Positions 11,401-17,824 of a DNA stretch of 25,930 nucleotides are shown here, piece after piece (positions within the stretch are counted from its first letter, which is position 1; the number at the start of each line of letters is the position of its first letter). The stretch covers positions 1 through 25,930 of the IMG/VR virus record IMGVR_UViG_3300009790_002509; one strand, given 5' to 3'. The translations under genes were made by a program, and so were the position numbers. The notes below the pieces were generated by a model that was not told where the DNA came from, made no database searches, and was given only the letters and a program-made list of their open reading frames with translations. The stretch comes from a virus (taxonomy: Duplodnaviria; Caudoviricetes).

Positions 11401-12388
11401 CAGTCAATGAATATAAACCATACCCTAAACCATCCTGATACTGCGACATCCTTTGAAGATACCACTTATTAAATAAAGTGATCTTCATCGATCTTGTAGA
11501 TGATGTTGGATAAGTTCCGTTAGGACCACCTGCAATCCCCAATGCTGGAGTATTTTCTTCGTAAATATAAAGTTCTAACGGCATATTTGCAGTAATGTCA
11601 ACTGCAATAAATGCATTAGCAGTACCAGGAGTACCAACTCTCTGAACACCAGTAGTATATTCTACACCACCATTATGTGTACCATCTGGAGTAGTCGAGA
11701 AACACCACTTATAATTTAAATTACTTGAATCTCGCACCCAAATATAAAATGTCATACCTGGAATTAAATAGTCAACCTCCCACGATTCAAAGACTGTTCC
11801 AGTATTTCCCAAATATGCTAATTTAGGACCATACGAACCATTATTAACCATACCTTCATATATTGGAGTACCAGTACTACCAGTATAAGGAACTACACCA
11901 CCATATGCAAAAGGATTGACTTGTTGTTCTATATTATCTAAACTATCTCCTTCCTGAGCAACAGCCTGTGCAATTTCTGCTCTTGAAGGTTCATTGGATG
12001 ATAAAGTACCGTGTTGTCTACCACCATTTGTTACTCCCTCAGGAAAGTCATTAGCTTGAAGATCTGCTGCTGTTACATCTGCGTGAAGCCTACCCGTCTC
12101 CGAATTAGTCCAATAAGGTGTATCTCCTTCTTGATTTATATCATCTTTAGGAAGGAAAACCTGTTGATCCCAAGAAGCACCTATTACACCTGGAAAATCT
12201 ACTTTACTTTTTAAAATTTCAATATAATTATTGTCCTTTGCAGGAAAATCCAAAAACACCTGATGGAGTACTCCAAGATCGTGTGCTTCTATAAGCGATG
12301 TAAAACGTTGTTTCGCACGTTCAATGGTGTCTCTTGCGTCGGATTCTTGTCTAATCCTAACAATAAGCCTGCCTTCCTCTCTTTGCAT
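2495..12388 (-). CDS. Giant (3297 aa) multidomain virion-associated protein: prodomain, S8 subtilisin-like protease, two YHYH-like domains, seven cupredoxin-like modules, GSGY repeats, Ig-like domain and Cys-rich C-terminus
   Basis: S8 motifs YVIDTG, DHGHGTQCA, SAGNG and DGTSFSGP. YHYH-family motifs appear twice: HS(P/K)I(I/L)G..DGYPIYGP, F(V/I)EDYE, LD.RNGR(F/Y)C.TP..P.GTYAYF and PAFPYI.G. Also CxxHxxM motifs, and WYTPAGSLG...GLTFDTETGVFSGT (putative Ig/He_PIG-like). Confidence 0.85.
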   Translation of the reverse strand: MQREEGRLIVRIRQESDARDTIERAKQRFTSLIEAHDLGVLHQVFLDFPAKDNNYIEILKSKVDFPGVIGASWDQQVFLPKDDINQEGDTPYWTNSETGRLHADVTAADLQANDFPEGVTNGGRQHGTLSSNEPSRAEIAQAVAQEGDSLDNIEQQVNPFAYGGVVPYTGSTGTPIYEGMVNNGSYGPKLAYLGNTGTVFESWEVDYLIPGMTFYIWVRDSSNLNYKWCFSTTPDGTHNGGVEYTTGVQRVGTPGTANAFIAVDITANMPLELYIYEENTPALGIAGGPNGTYPTSSTRSMKITLFNKWYLQRMSQYQDGLGYGLYSLTEDGENTDLYVIDTGVRGASRPANTAGANLHPELYHPDYATDLNGATEQANYRVYEVPGYVSNIDWNGEMNTNEDDHGHGTQCACLSAGRNFGVSKKSRIYALKVFNDQGAEYSSFQSRFALAILAIVNHNDPNHANWKGSYRPSVVNASLGTTRPGPLYPYVSKNDPGFDGNDLGADTLYDDYENYCISRGIIFVRSAGNGFYNGNVVYEGYQGKFLAGVRANGPKDNQYNMEIPQASLDGKISVGATSYNNAFTSFSNYGTITTSGPGESIYVPHYYWNSNYPYNLVSSSFYACTDGTSFSGPLVAGVLLQWATKMGYLQNYVYEGGQSLPKLAKNFLRRPLDWDYKRTYNGASASPVSYEFGGASINTYPNNSMDEITLDGVNTTVFVGAASNVITFNLGSEFNRFNPVIGDYVQLRTPIGIIAQDVISDVWVTSAGSPTAAYHKEGGLFNVVSDNHPDPGLYGVFPKAGTSGYVSDLTLSQQGSGYTIAPVVSFSGGGGSNATATAQITLTGGAVTGVNVDQAGSGYSEAPVVVLTGDGTGATATANITLTGGGVESVNVTNGGAGYNPLDLPLITFTGGGGTGATATAVVTDGVVTAVNINSPGSGYTVAPVVGIANATPPVNSPAHNPDNDFVSGGGSVTTGNLNTVSRALTTIADNLPQPATYGIFPNSNNSYSILPKSYNHTITYRGGRNVSASSPTNTPGFAYDMLGIMKNGITIRSYSHGDGVNLPSGYNCPSGYSFNKYVTRTSFGADSGTGIVNTDGAYYYLTSEFLFTRWKGSTTEYAVTVVNTTGGNKYYIDGNQTPNLILSEGNTYFFNQSDSSNSGRPLRISESQDGIHIQGGTVFNVAVQYLGVPGDGSPYTGTYLQVQPESPNLYYYCSLYSGYGGAASITTNSNSAALPSHTYYDLANATHHSPIIGYANDGYPIYGPIGYDDPASDTTLARMISSYDLRTTRSGTPYTPVSYSWAVSATDANDYMFTAQNNTTQTGTDISIAANVGDNLVFNVNASYTTGGGGGSTPQTYNLVVTASSSSDYTISGSDRNGNQNGADPGLTFYEGDTINFTVSASGHPFYLKTSPGTGTGNQVSNPIASNQGTQSGTVSWTPTTAGTYYYQCEYHSGMVGTITIQSAGGGGGTTVNHPFWIQSVPAPYNPSQVVAGVTNNGNHNATVLWNTSTAYPGTYYYVCEAHQAMTGTITLTEPVGFAPNTNTYPMGSFVEDYELKTGTNAAGETIHLDRRNGRFCITPEFPGGTYAYFATYGSDLYPAFPYILGDQFYGDPVPYGGSASANPVFEEPASAGSSIGTQTGVIDSITVDTAGVGYTNCTVSFTGGGGGAGAQASASLSVLDGYISGLTVTDGGSGYSTAPTVSIAAPNVAGGVQATAVASIAITAGNPNSIAAQTFDQDFNWRGGTDYGHSTNPATSIPLRSVKPFGLSTTGVYLYHYSNESGPTPGWTFNDVTNENLTGADTYGGYPNAQNVYGYNSSKLLEAYQATPVLTGSSYIANTYFDLGYQTITWVVTVGAKTAGNEDYGSGSANGYFLRSSSGTTYEQPGIAFTKGNTYIFNQDDSTNDTHPLYFSTTDDGVHGGGVKYNDGVTYRLNGVSVDAVTYVSSFDIATTRSVTIIVPLDAPAYLHYVCNNHSKMGDYAATNTNVQGDYRRHANGHSKILGMAFDGYPIYGPYGYSDEMNSGSTVVRLKPGYMLKLEGRTPDGYLNRPSTVSYPYKAFIEDYEYAGNDNDGLETTYTVVVSSAVTSGSGNRYFISGTGLDGTVEKPSFNFRKGRKYIFNLSDSSLDTHAMLFSVYGDGTSQGWHVSGQTPQDINAVYTTGVVYKLEDAVVDYATYVAGFDAATLRTVEITPASDTPQALFYFCYNHANMGERLIVGDLDKRNGRYCKTPDYPNGTYAYFITEDDNGDPAFPYIVGDTFKSDPIFPGDTAYESSSFVYDVGGIEFDVLQKEWHQITDVDSGNKTFQITPSEASFTATSSETGGNLLKIANLTGTKQGWDGIQNWQSQSASNKLWFQTEQQELAGEGEGTEIKQIPVDRGTDHNHEDEPVTRGLITPYIDLLTTWYTPAGSLGTYNLGDTINLQLGVSFLRTYAAETIIDRDYSISTSAPFTTSGLTFDTETGVFSGTLTNTETLDLTLTVEENISGQTQTYTIQLTNVTTNTSDVAMVYDALNKTVDYNAVYKVHGEPNDNVAWAYENWYSRPMFYKSMSTMFTQSQFDNDKFEYVPFWQIYGDKGGGAGSLWYNLNELAGVSSAGFEGEFDWFENNVEGKNAFYSYVERYEDVTGREMGFSHLVINKWWQFANAYFRCKMRWRVTYKLEAIGNDYQVRVNNGGSTVFEVPKGAFYRFDVSDSSWTGKTLEMRLGPTGISNTTNLRSHGTPGTAGAWYEVYLPESYSLASYYFGQSGGTTFASQHLDLTTTYTAITTSTVQLTVANLPALPAQPALTMYSGANSITANLFSANTEYGGETHYPNTTPYLTADKDPDKGRFPVQLVCTDQNIEYIWFSKSFSYDTATGTKSFAWKSQFDTYPDYIPLMSSYYRSRVDAREDINIDYSYTEGGNGVYVGNYISTTEEFPLRTMYGGYAIEVPVQNPSSLVPPKDNSGNVIRATDIPCNGIPAGVNEPYSFQLYLYNGTYSSLSNEISVIANPPQLGMWWYEYANGWTGTLSNGYLRHDQGFVDTTLTCGDYFGNILTRSFVIDVAGSPLSALPYIDINTLKVQDYYKGAQNFTVIDNQTQDVQVSYTIDAGTFTWRLRIVNEFPYMETTDGGTRTIFTLNNATHANGPTVVNTGDFSTYTGQLAAATGLLRECPFRGDTSINMPVDFSIKNDIQPAIFPARGTQKVYTLWVELVESPFTLTDLINLTAVADPCQDHTYDFAYTQNGACVTPSNDYFCNFIKPLRDRNHPEQPIIGMDGIAQVKVTDGITPRTLDFQVPAPWPILYSYLGDCNPTCS
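7215..7470 (-). repeat. Two further GSGY-type repeats
   Basis: GVIDSITVDTAGVGYT...GAQASA; GYISGLTVTDGGSGYSTAPTV...QATAVA. Confidence 0.75.
9545..9980 (-). repeat. Four Gly-rich 'V..V.V..(G/A/P)GSGY..AP.V...GGGG.GATATA' repeats
   Basis: QQGSGYTIAP, QAGSGYSEAP, NGGAGYNPL, SPGSGYTVAP; repeat type common in cyanomyophage baseplate/tail proteins. Confidence 0.8.
10380..11470 (-). other. Peptidase S8 (subtilisin/proteinase K-like) catalytic domain within the giant protein
   Basis: Catalytic Asp (VIDTG, ~11367), His (HGHGTQ, ~11169), oxyanion Asn (SAGNG, ~10804) and Ser (GTSFSGP, ~10503) are in canonical order. WYLQRM matches the proteinase-K-type mature N-terminal W.L.R motif; ISVGAT and FSNYG are also present. 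Confidence 0.88.
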
Positions 12389-12422
12389 TATTCTAAAAGT
12401 GAGTGGTACTTTCCCTAAGTCT

Positions 12423-12429
12423 TATTTAG
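12423..12429 (-). promoter_or_regulatory. Putative T4-type late promoter variant (CTAAATA) upstream of the giant gene
   Basis: Minus strand reads TACTAAATAAG, overlapping the TAA of the hydroxylase, ~35 nt before the giant gene ATG. It resembles the gp55-dependent TATAAATA/ATAAATA late consensus. Confidence 0.5.
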
Positions 12430-13100
12430 TAAGCTTTGTAACGCATCAAAGCATTCAACTGTTGATCCTGCATTCTTGTTATATCATAATGAATATCATC
12501 TGGAGAAGTTGCGTTAGGATAGAGTTTAAGTAACTCCTCTTTCATCTCATAATTATAGGTCGCAATCCGTCGATCTTCTTCACAACGGAACATTGATGTA
12601 CTCCAAAAAACTGCGACATTCCTTTCACCCGATGTTACTTCTTTAACCATATGACTAGTGCCAGTAGGATAAGTAAATGCCCATCCAGCAGGTAATTTGA
12701 CTTCAAAAGTTTCAGTACCTTGCTTTAAAACTAATTCTCCTCCTTCATATTCATCTGGTTCATTTAAAAATACCGTAGTGCTAAAATCAGTTCTTGCTCC
12801 ACCACCCATATAAGGTGAGTCGCAATGCCAATTATAATGCATACCTTCTGTATACTTAATGAACAAAGCTACTGTACTAGTACACGTCCACATATAATGA
12901 GTAGGTATTATATGTTTCTGAAAATTATCCCAGATTATATTCCAAGCAGCCTTACTGTGCTCATCCTGCATTTCAACATTGTTTTTTATTCTCTTGTCAC
13001 TAGCACCAGTACGGGCACCATCATTAAAATCAGAGAAACTATAAAAATCTTGAACGTGTTTAAGATTAACATCGTTCAAGAGCTCATAACGAAAAAACAT
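12426..13100 (-). CDS. PKHD-type (PiuC/YbiX-like) 2OG-Fe(II) hydroxylase, 224 aa
   Basis: FNDGARTG..KNNVEM, YNWHCDS (HxD), RTDFSTTVFLNEPDEYEGGEL, KLPAG...YP...HMVKEVTSGERNVAVFW. The start is moved from 13142 to ATG 13100 (MFFRYELL), 2 nt after the upstream stop, which removes a 40-nt overlap. Confidence 0.88.
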   Translation of the reverse strand: MFFRYELLNDVNLKHVQDFYSFSDFNDGARTGASDKRIKNNVEMQDEHSKAAWNIIWDNFQKHIIPTHYMWTCTSTVALFIKYTEGMHYNWHCDSPYMGGGARTDFSTTVFLNEPDEYEGGELVLKQGTETFEVKLPAGWAFTYPTGTSHMVKEVTSGERNVAVFWSTSMFRCEEDRRIATYNYEMKEELLKLYPNATSPDDIHYDITRMQDQQLNALMRYKAY

Positions 13101-13102
13101 AA

Positions 13103-13780
13103 TTAAGGTACAAAAGTAGGATCTGCGGGATTTACTGGCCAACCAGTAAAGTTGGCATATTCATATGGATCTGCTTGTTGAGATGGGAGATCTCTTAAGC
13201 GTTTCCTATATGTCTTCCAATTATCTTTAATTCTAGCAGCAGCAGGTACTTCAGCTGGGGGATCAGCAGCATAATGTTCCCATATATCTTCCAACATATA
13301 GAAATCAGTGTCTAGTAATAACTTATCTCTCATAGCACGAAGTGCTAGAAGATTCTCTGGAATTTGATTGTCAAGGAAATATTTTCTCTGGTTCTCTGCA
13401 TCAAGTGCTGCTTGTTGCTCCGCATTATATGCAGTTTCGTACGATGTACGAAGAGGTGTCAACGTGTTAACCAGAGTAGTTGCTTCACTAACCTTTGAAG
13501 AATCATTGGTAGTAATAGCTACTTCACCACTCAAATCCTTATTTTCGGCAAGATACCAAACGGGTTCACCAAGAGGATTATCTGCTTTCCAATAATGAAG
13601 GCAAGTTAGTTCATCTACGCCAGCAACGTGAAATACACCATTAATGGCAGGAAGAACTGTACTAGTCCAATCACTATCAGAGATAACAAATCCCTGTTGC
13701 TTACCACTTGAATTTTTACCGCCAATAATTTTACTATCTACCCAGATAATGAAATCGGCTTCCCCAAAATTACGAGCCAT
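13103..13780 (-). CDS. Phage tail fibre assembly chaperone-like protein (225 aa)
   Basis: C-terminal LRAMRDKLLLDTDF...WKTYRKRLRDLP...WPVNP matches the tail-assembly-chaperone signature R..R..LL..(S/T)D...W..YR..LRD.P...WP..P; lies beside fibre genes. Confidence 0.8.
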   Translation of the reverse strand: MARNFGEADFIIWVDSKIIGGKNSSGKQQGFVISDSDWTSTVLPAINGVFHVAGVDELTCLHYWKADNPLGEPVWYLAENKDLSGEVAITTNDSSKVSEATTLVNTLTPLRTSYETAYNAEQQAALDAENQRKYFLDNQIPENLLALRAMRDKLLLDTDFYMLEDIWEHYAADPPAEVPAAARIKDNWKTYRKRLRDLPSQQADPYEYANFTGWPVNPADPTFVP

Positions 13781-14423
13781 TTAATAGATACCATCCTGTC
13801 AGTATGTATTTATCACCTGATAAAACTGTGTTTCCCTTATGTACGTGGGTAAAACCAGCAGGCCACATTAACACAGTTCCTCTAGTAGGTTTAATTCTTC
13901 TTTTCTGATCATAAAATTCTGTTTCACCACCATCTTCAACATCATTCAAGTATATCATCCATACTAAAACACGTGGTGAGTGATCCAATCCCATAGATTC
14001 ATAATGCCATACGTGATATCCACCACCCTCAGGAGTATGCTGAAACTTAATAGCAGTACTCATCATATTCTGTGTCAGCAACTGTGGATATCGCCACACA
14101 TAATGCTCAGTAATAGATTTAAGATATTGTAAAGTAATGTTCTGTAATGTTGGATGATTATGATTAATTAAAAATTGCTTATCATATCTACCAAGATGAC
14201 TATTATCAAACTGAAGTCTACCATCACCAACTTTTCCATCATCCATCTGAGCAGTAATTACATCTGCTTCTTGCTCTAAGGTATTATACCATTCAATATA
14301 TCTATTACAAATACCTTCAGGCATAAAATTATCCCAGACCCCAACAAAATCAGTGAAATCTGAGCTAGTTACCTTAGAATCTAACATCAATTCCAAGGGT
14401 TTTATAGGTATTAAATCAGGCAT
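13770..14423 (-). CDS. 2OG-Fe(II) oxygenase (prolyl-4-hydroxylase-like cyanophage family, HxE facial triad), 217 aa
   Basis: GGYHVWHYE...RVLVWMIYLNDVEDGGETEF...P.RG.VLMWPAGFTHVHKGN...KYILTGW. Confidence 0.9.
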   Translation of the reverse strand: MPDLIPIKPLELMLDSKVTSSDFTDFVGVWDNFMPEGICNRYIEWYNTLEQEADVITAQMDDGKVGDGRLQFDNSHLGRYDKQFLINHNHPTLQNITLQYLKSITEHYVWRYPQLLTQNMMSTAIKFQHTPEGGGYHVWHYESMGLDHSPRVLVWMIYLNDVEDGGETEFYDQKRRIKPTRGTVLMWPAGFTHVHKGNTVLSGDKYILTGWYLLNGS

Positions 14424-14429
14424 AACAAA

Positions 14430-14446
14430 AATACTCTAAGAGTATT
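14430..14446. promoter_or_regulatory. Perfect 8-1-8 inverted repeat AATACTCT-A-AGAGTATT (possible operator or weak hairpin)
   Basis: Read directly from the sequence. It overlaps the -10 element and predicted start site, and is followed on the minus strand by TTTGTT-ATG. Confidence 0.45.
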
Positions 14447-14452
14447 ATAGCA
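14444..14452 (-). promoter_or_regulatory. Extended -10 sigma70-type promoter (TGCTATAAT) upstream of the 2OG oxygenase
   Basis: Perfect TGnTATAAT in the 32-nt intergenic gap, 20 nt before the ATG at 14423; no good -35 hexamer. Confidence 0.6.
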
Positions 14453-14455
14453 CAT

Positions 14456-17400
14456 TTATGGTGCTCCTGCACCTGGCTCATATAGAGGTGTGTTAATATC
14501 AGAAGTGCTGATCAATCCACCTGGCATCGTGATTTCAAATGTTCCTGTAGCAGCAGTGTTCCATCCAGTACTAGGACCACTAAAGTCGGCAATATTACAA
14601 TGTACCGTAAGATCATCGAAATACACAGGTTGGGTTGTACCATACGGTAAATCTTCTACGAGGAATTTACCATTAATAACTCTTGCCATCAACTCAGCAC
14701 TATTACTACCCACATCAACTAAAATACTTGTACAATTCCAAGTAGTACCAGCATTAATTAATGCAGGGAAGTAATCGTGGTAAGTATCTGCACTAAATCC
14801 TACCGTGCTAAAGTTATATGTTGTCTGAGGAGTATTGTTTATTCCAAAATTAGATCCAGTAAAATATGCTGTTTCCTGATAATCACTGTACCTAGCAATT
14901 CTAAACTGAAGAGCAACAAATCTAAATCCAGAAATTGCAACCATTCCAGCACTATTAGAAGCTTCTACTTTAATGATTCCCTTTCTCTTAGAAGAGGAGA
15001 TTGCATCTAGACCGCCAAGAGCATTACCATTTTCAGTAGGCATAGGAACAACACTACTCCAAGTACCTGAAGTTTGCTGTACAGGTGGACTTCCAGTCAT
15101 AGTACTACCTAAGTTTGTATTAACTGAATCAAATACTTCATTAGTACCACTATCTGTAAATGTTCCCCAGTAAATACCACCCCAAATAGTGTCAGCAGTT
15201 CCAGTAACATTATATCCAACTGTAATTGGTTCATTGCAACATAAGTATAACCATTCTAATACATTAGTAGAAGTTGACACTCTTGTAAATGAATTAGATC
15301 CTACAGCAGGTGTATAAGATCTAGTAACTGTAACACTAATCACTGGTCTAGTAATGACAGTTATACTTACGTTTGCAGAATCAGATCCACTAGCGTTCGT
15401 AGCAGTAATTGTATACGTTGTGTCTTGCGTAGGAGCAACAGATTGAGTACCAGAAGCAGAAGTAGGATTCCAAGAAGAATCAGTTGGAGTAGATGTACCT
15501 GATATAGTAACACCAGCAGTGTTAACAGTACTCCAAGTCAATAACGCTTGCGTGTCATCACCTGGATCGTCATTACCATATTGAGTACTAGTAACATCAG
15601 ATGTTAAAGTAACTTCTGGAAGAGGTAAAGGATCAACAGTCAATGTAACTTGCTGAGTACTCTGACCGTTTGCATTTTCTAATGTAAGATAGTATATTGT
15701 AGTTGCAGTTGGATTAACACTTATAGAAGCAAACGATGGACTATGTGTGGCATTATCCCAAGTTGAATCTACTGGTGTTGATGTTGCAGATATAAATGTG
15801 GTTGCATCATTACAGTTATATGATATAGCAGAAGATCCACCAGCAGTTATCTGGGTGGGATTAGCACTCATATTAATTGTAGGAGCATTAGCAGCCTGAA
15901 CATTAACGACTGTAGTCGCTGTATTAGAACCATAGCTATTACTTAAGGTAATAGTATAAGTTGTCGTAGCCGTTGGACTAACTGCAACTGTCTGCCCTGT
16001 CGGAGTACTAGCACCAAAGTTTGAAGATACAATAGTTGTTGCTCCAGAAGATGCAAACGTTACATTAGCAGAACCACCAGAAGCAACACTAGTTGGCAAT
16101 GCCGACATTGTAATTGTAGGTGCTGCTTCATAAGTTATAGTTGCCTGAGCAGTCATCACCGTCGAAGTATTATATTTAACTATAATCTCGTACTCAGCAG
16201 CTGTACCACCACTTGAAGGTGCTTCTAGAGTCATACTAACAGTATCATCTAAAACATATCCAGTTTTAGTAGCACTTCCACTTCCTCCCACATCAATTGG
16301 GAATGCACTTACAGACTCACCTCCAGTTTTTAGTACTTCAACATCAAAAGAATACGAACTACTAACACCAGTAAGAGTGAAACTTACTTGTCCATCCGCA
16401 CTAGCTGTAGTAACTCCAATGTTAAACGGACCAACTTGGTCAGGAGTTTGATCACCAGCACCACCTCCTGGTGGTGGAGTATAAGCATCACTACTAACTC
16501 CTGCAAATATCATATATGCAGTTTCTTGATATTCTGGTTTAAGGTCAGGTTGTCCATCTAAATCTAGATCAACATCAAGTTGGAATGTACATTGTGTAGC
16601 ATCTACAGGAGACATATCAAATACCCACTGCATATCAGTTGCAGTTGGTTTGATAGTACAAGAACCACTTGATATATCAATTAAACCTTCATTAGCAGGA
16701 TCAGCACTACCACCACCAGAACCACTAGTCTGCTCTTCTTTTACTTGTACCTCATAGTAAGCAGGAGATCCTGGTACTACTAATGATCCACCATAATATC
16801 TTTTACCACCTACTTCTAGTGGCCAAGATGCTCCAGGTACTACAGCAAGAACACCAATTAATACTCCACCATAATATACACTAAAACTTTGCCCGTTTGC
16901 TGCATATTCAACATAATTCTGTCCTGCAACATATCCTGGACCGTAAGTAGTTACCCAACTACTACTACTGCTACCACTACCACCACTACCAGATACACAA
17001 AAATCTTGATACCAATCATTAGCAGCGTATCCATTTCCTCCAGCATTCTGTCCTCTTCTACCTATAGAATCACCCCATCCAGAACCATAAGAAGCTGTTC
17101 CACCAATACTAGATTTAAATGAAACCCAGTGTGAATGTGGTGCAGATCCTCCACCAACTGCCTGTATCTGCGAACCATCATAAGCGGTACCAGCACTAGG
17201 ACCACCTTGAATCTGTGTATCACCGCCACCAGGAGATGTACGGTCAGCAGTTATACTTGCTCCACTCGTAGTAGTATTAAACTGTGAACCGTGACTATGA
17301 GATGGCCAATGAGGCATTGTATGATTGGCAAGAAATCCACTATTTACTTCTAGAAAACCATCAGTGACCTGAGTTGATACTTGCTGGATTCTGGAATTAT

Positions 17401-17824
17401 TAAACGTACTCTGTACACTTCCAGATACAAGTTGAACTCTAGAAGCAACATCAAGTAAAGTTACATTATTTTTACCACCTGTACTACCAGCAGTATTTGT
17501 ACTGCCATTATCGTGTTGTTCTAATTGAGGAGAAGAATTATCTGGTCTTAATCTACCAGTTCCCACAACTCTTCTATCCCTAAGATCAGGAACCTTAAAA
17601 GTACCAGAAAGACTTGGGAATGTACCCGTTACAGATCCCCCATAAGTTGCTTGTATAATATTATATAAACCTAAGTAATGATTTGGATCAAGAGCTCTAC
17701 CATTACACTCCAACCATCCATCTGGAGCATAATAATTTCCAGTACTATCCTTAGGCATCATAGCAATGGTGCCAACTTGAACTCCTGTCCACGCAGGGGA
17801 TGTTTGCGAGTAATATTTTGCCAT
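14456..17824 (-). CDS. Tail-collar-domain fibre protein with C-terminal Ig/PKD-like repeats (1122 aa)
   Basis: Collar signature VGTIAM...PDGWLECNG....Y.GLY.II..TYGG...TFKVPDLRDR. HxH motifs (PSHSHG, PHSHW) and three 'APTI...PT.TT.Y..T..N..G' repeats are present. Confidence 0.82.
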   Translation of the reverse strand: MAKYYSQTSPAWTGVQVGTIAMMPKDSTGNYYAPDGWLECNGRALDPNHYLGLYNIIQATYGGSVTGTFPSLSGTFKVPDLRDRRVVGTGRLRPDNSSPQLEQHDNGSTNTAGSTGGKNNVTLLDVASRVQLVSGSVQSTFNNSRIQQVSTQVTDGFLEVNSGFLANHTMPHWPSHSHGSQFNTTTSGASITADRTSPGGGDTQIQGGPSAGTAYDGSQIQAVGGGSAPHSHWVSFKSSIGGTASYGSGWGDSIGRRGQNAGGNGYAANDWYQDFCVSGSGGSGSSSSSWVTTYGPGYVAGQNYVEYAANGQSFSVYYGGVLIGVLAVVPGASWPLEVGGKRYYGGSLVVPGSPAYYEVQVKEEQTSGSGGGSADPANEGLIDISSGSCTIKPTATDMQWVFDMSPVDATQCTFQLDVDLDLDGQPDLKPEYQETAYMIFAGVSSDAYTPPPGGGAGDQTPDQVGPFNIGVTTASADGQVSFTLTGVSSSYSFDVEVLKTGGESVSAFPIDVGGSGSATKTGYVLDDTVSMTLEAPSSGGTAAEYEIIVKYNTSTVMTAQATITYEAAPTITMSALPTSVASGGSANVTFASSGATTIVSSNFGASTPTGQTVAVSPTATTTYTITLSNSYGSNTATTVVNVQAANAPTINMSANPTQITAGGSSAISYNCNDATTFISATSTPVDSTWDNATHSPSFASISVNPTATTIYYLTLENANGQSTQQVTLTVDPLPLPEVTLTSDVTSTQYGNDDPGDDTQALLTWSTVNTAGVTISGTSTPTDSSWNPTSASGTQSVAPTQDTTYTITATNASGSDSANVSITVITRPVISVTVTRSYTPAVGSNSFTRVSTSTNVLEWLYLCCNEPITVGYNVTGTADTIWGGIYWGTFTDSGTNEVFDSVNTNLGSTMTGSPPVQQTSGTWSSVVPMPTENGNALGGLDAISSSKRKGIIKVEASNSAGMVAISGFRFVALQFRIARYSDYQETAYFTGSNFGINNTPQTTYNFSTVGFSADTYHDYFPALINAGTTWNCTSILVDVGSNSAELMARVINGKFLVEDLPYGTTQPVYFDDLTVHCNIADFSGPSTGWNTAATGTFEITMPGGLISTSDINTPLYEPGAGAP
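15358..16125 (-). repeat. Three tandem Ig/PKD-like domains
   Basis: APTITMSA...PTATTTYTITLSNSYGS; APTINMSA...PTATTIYYLTLENANGQ; LPEVTLTS...PTQDTTYTITATNASGS. Confidence 0.72.

Noticed and set aside
13101-13142. ORF-track N-terminal extension of the PKHD hydroxylase
   Set aside because: It uses a TTG start and overlaps the chaperone gene by 40 nt. ATG 13100 follows the upstream stop directly and gives a typical family length.
14426-14446. Intrinsic terminator reading of the intergenic hairpin
   Set aside because: The stem is AT-rich with a minimal loop and a short U tract, too weak to call. It is kept only as a possible operator.
14864-16531. Hexapeptide YQETAY occurs twice in the 1122-aa protein (16514-16531 and 14864-14881)
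   Set aside because: The flanks are unrelated and the codons differ at synonymous sites. It is plausibly chance and gives no evidence for a duplication or a DGR template/variable repeat pair.
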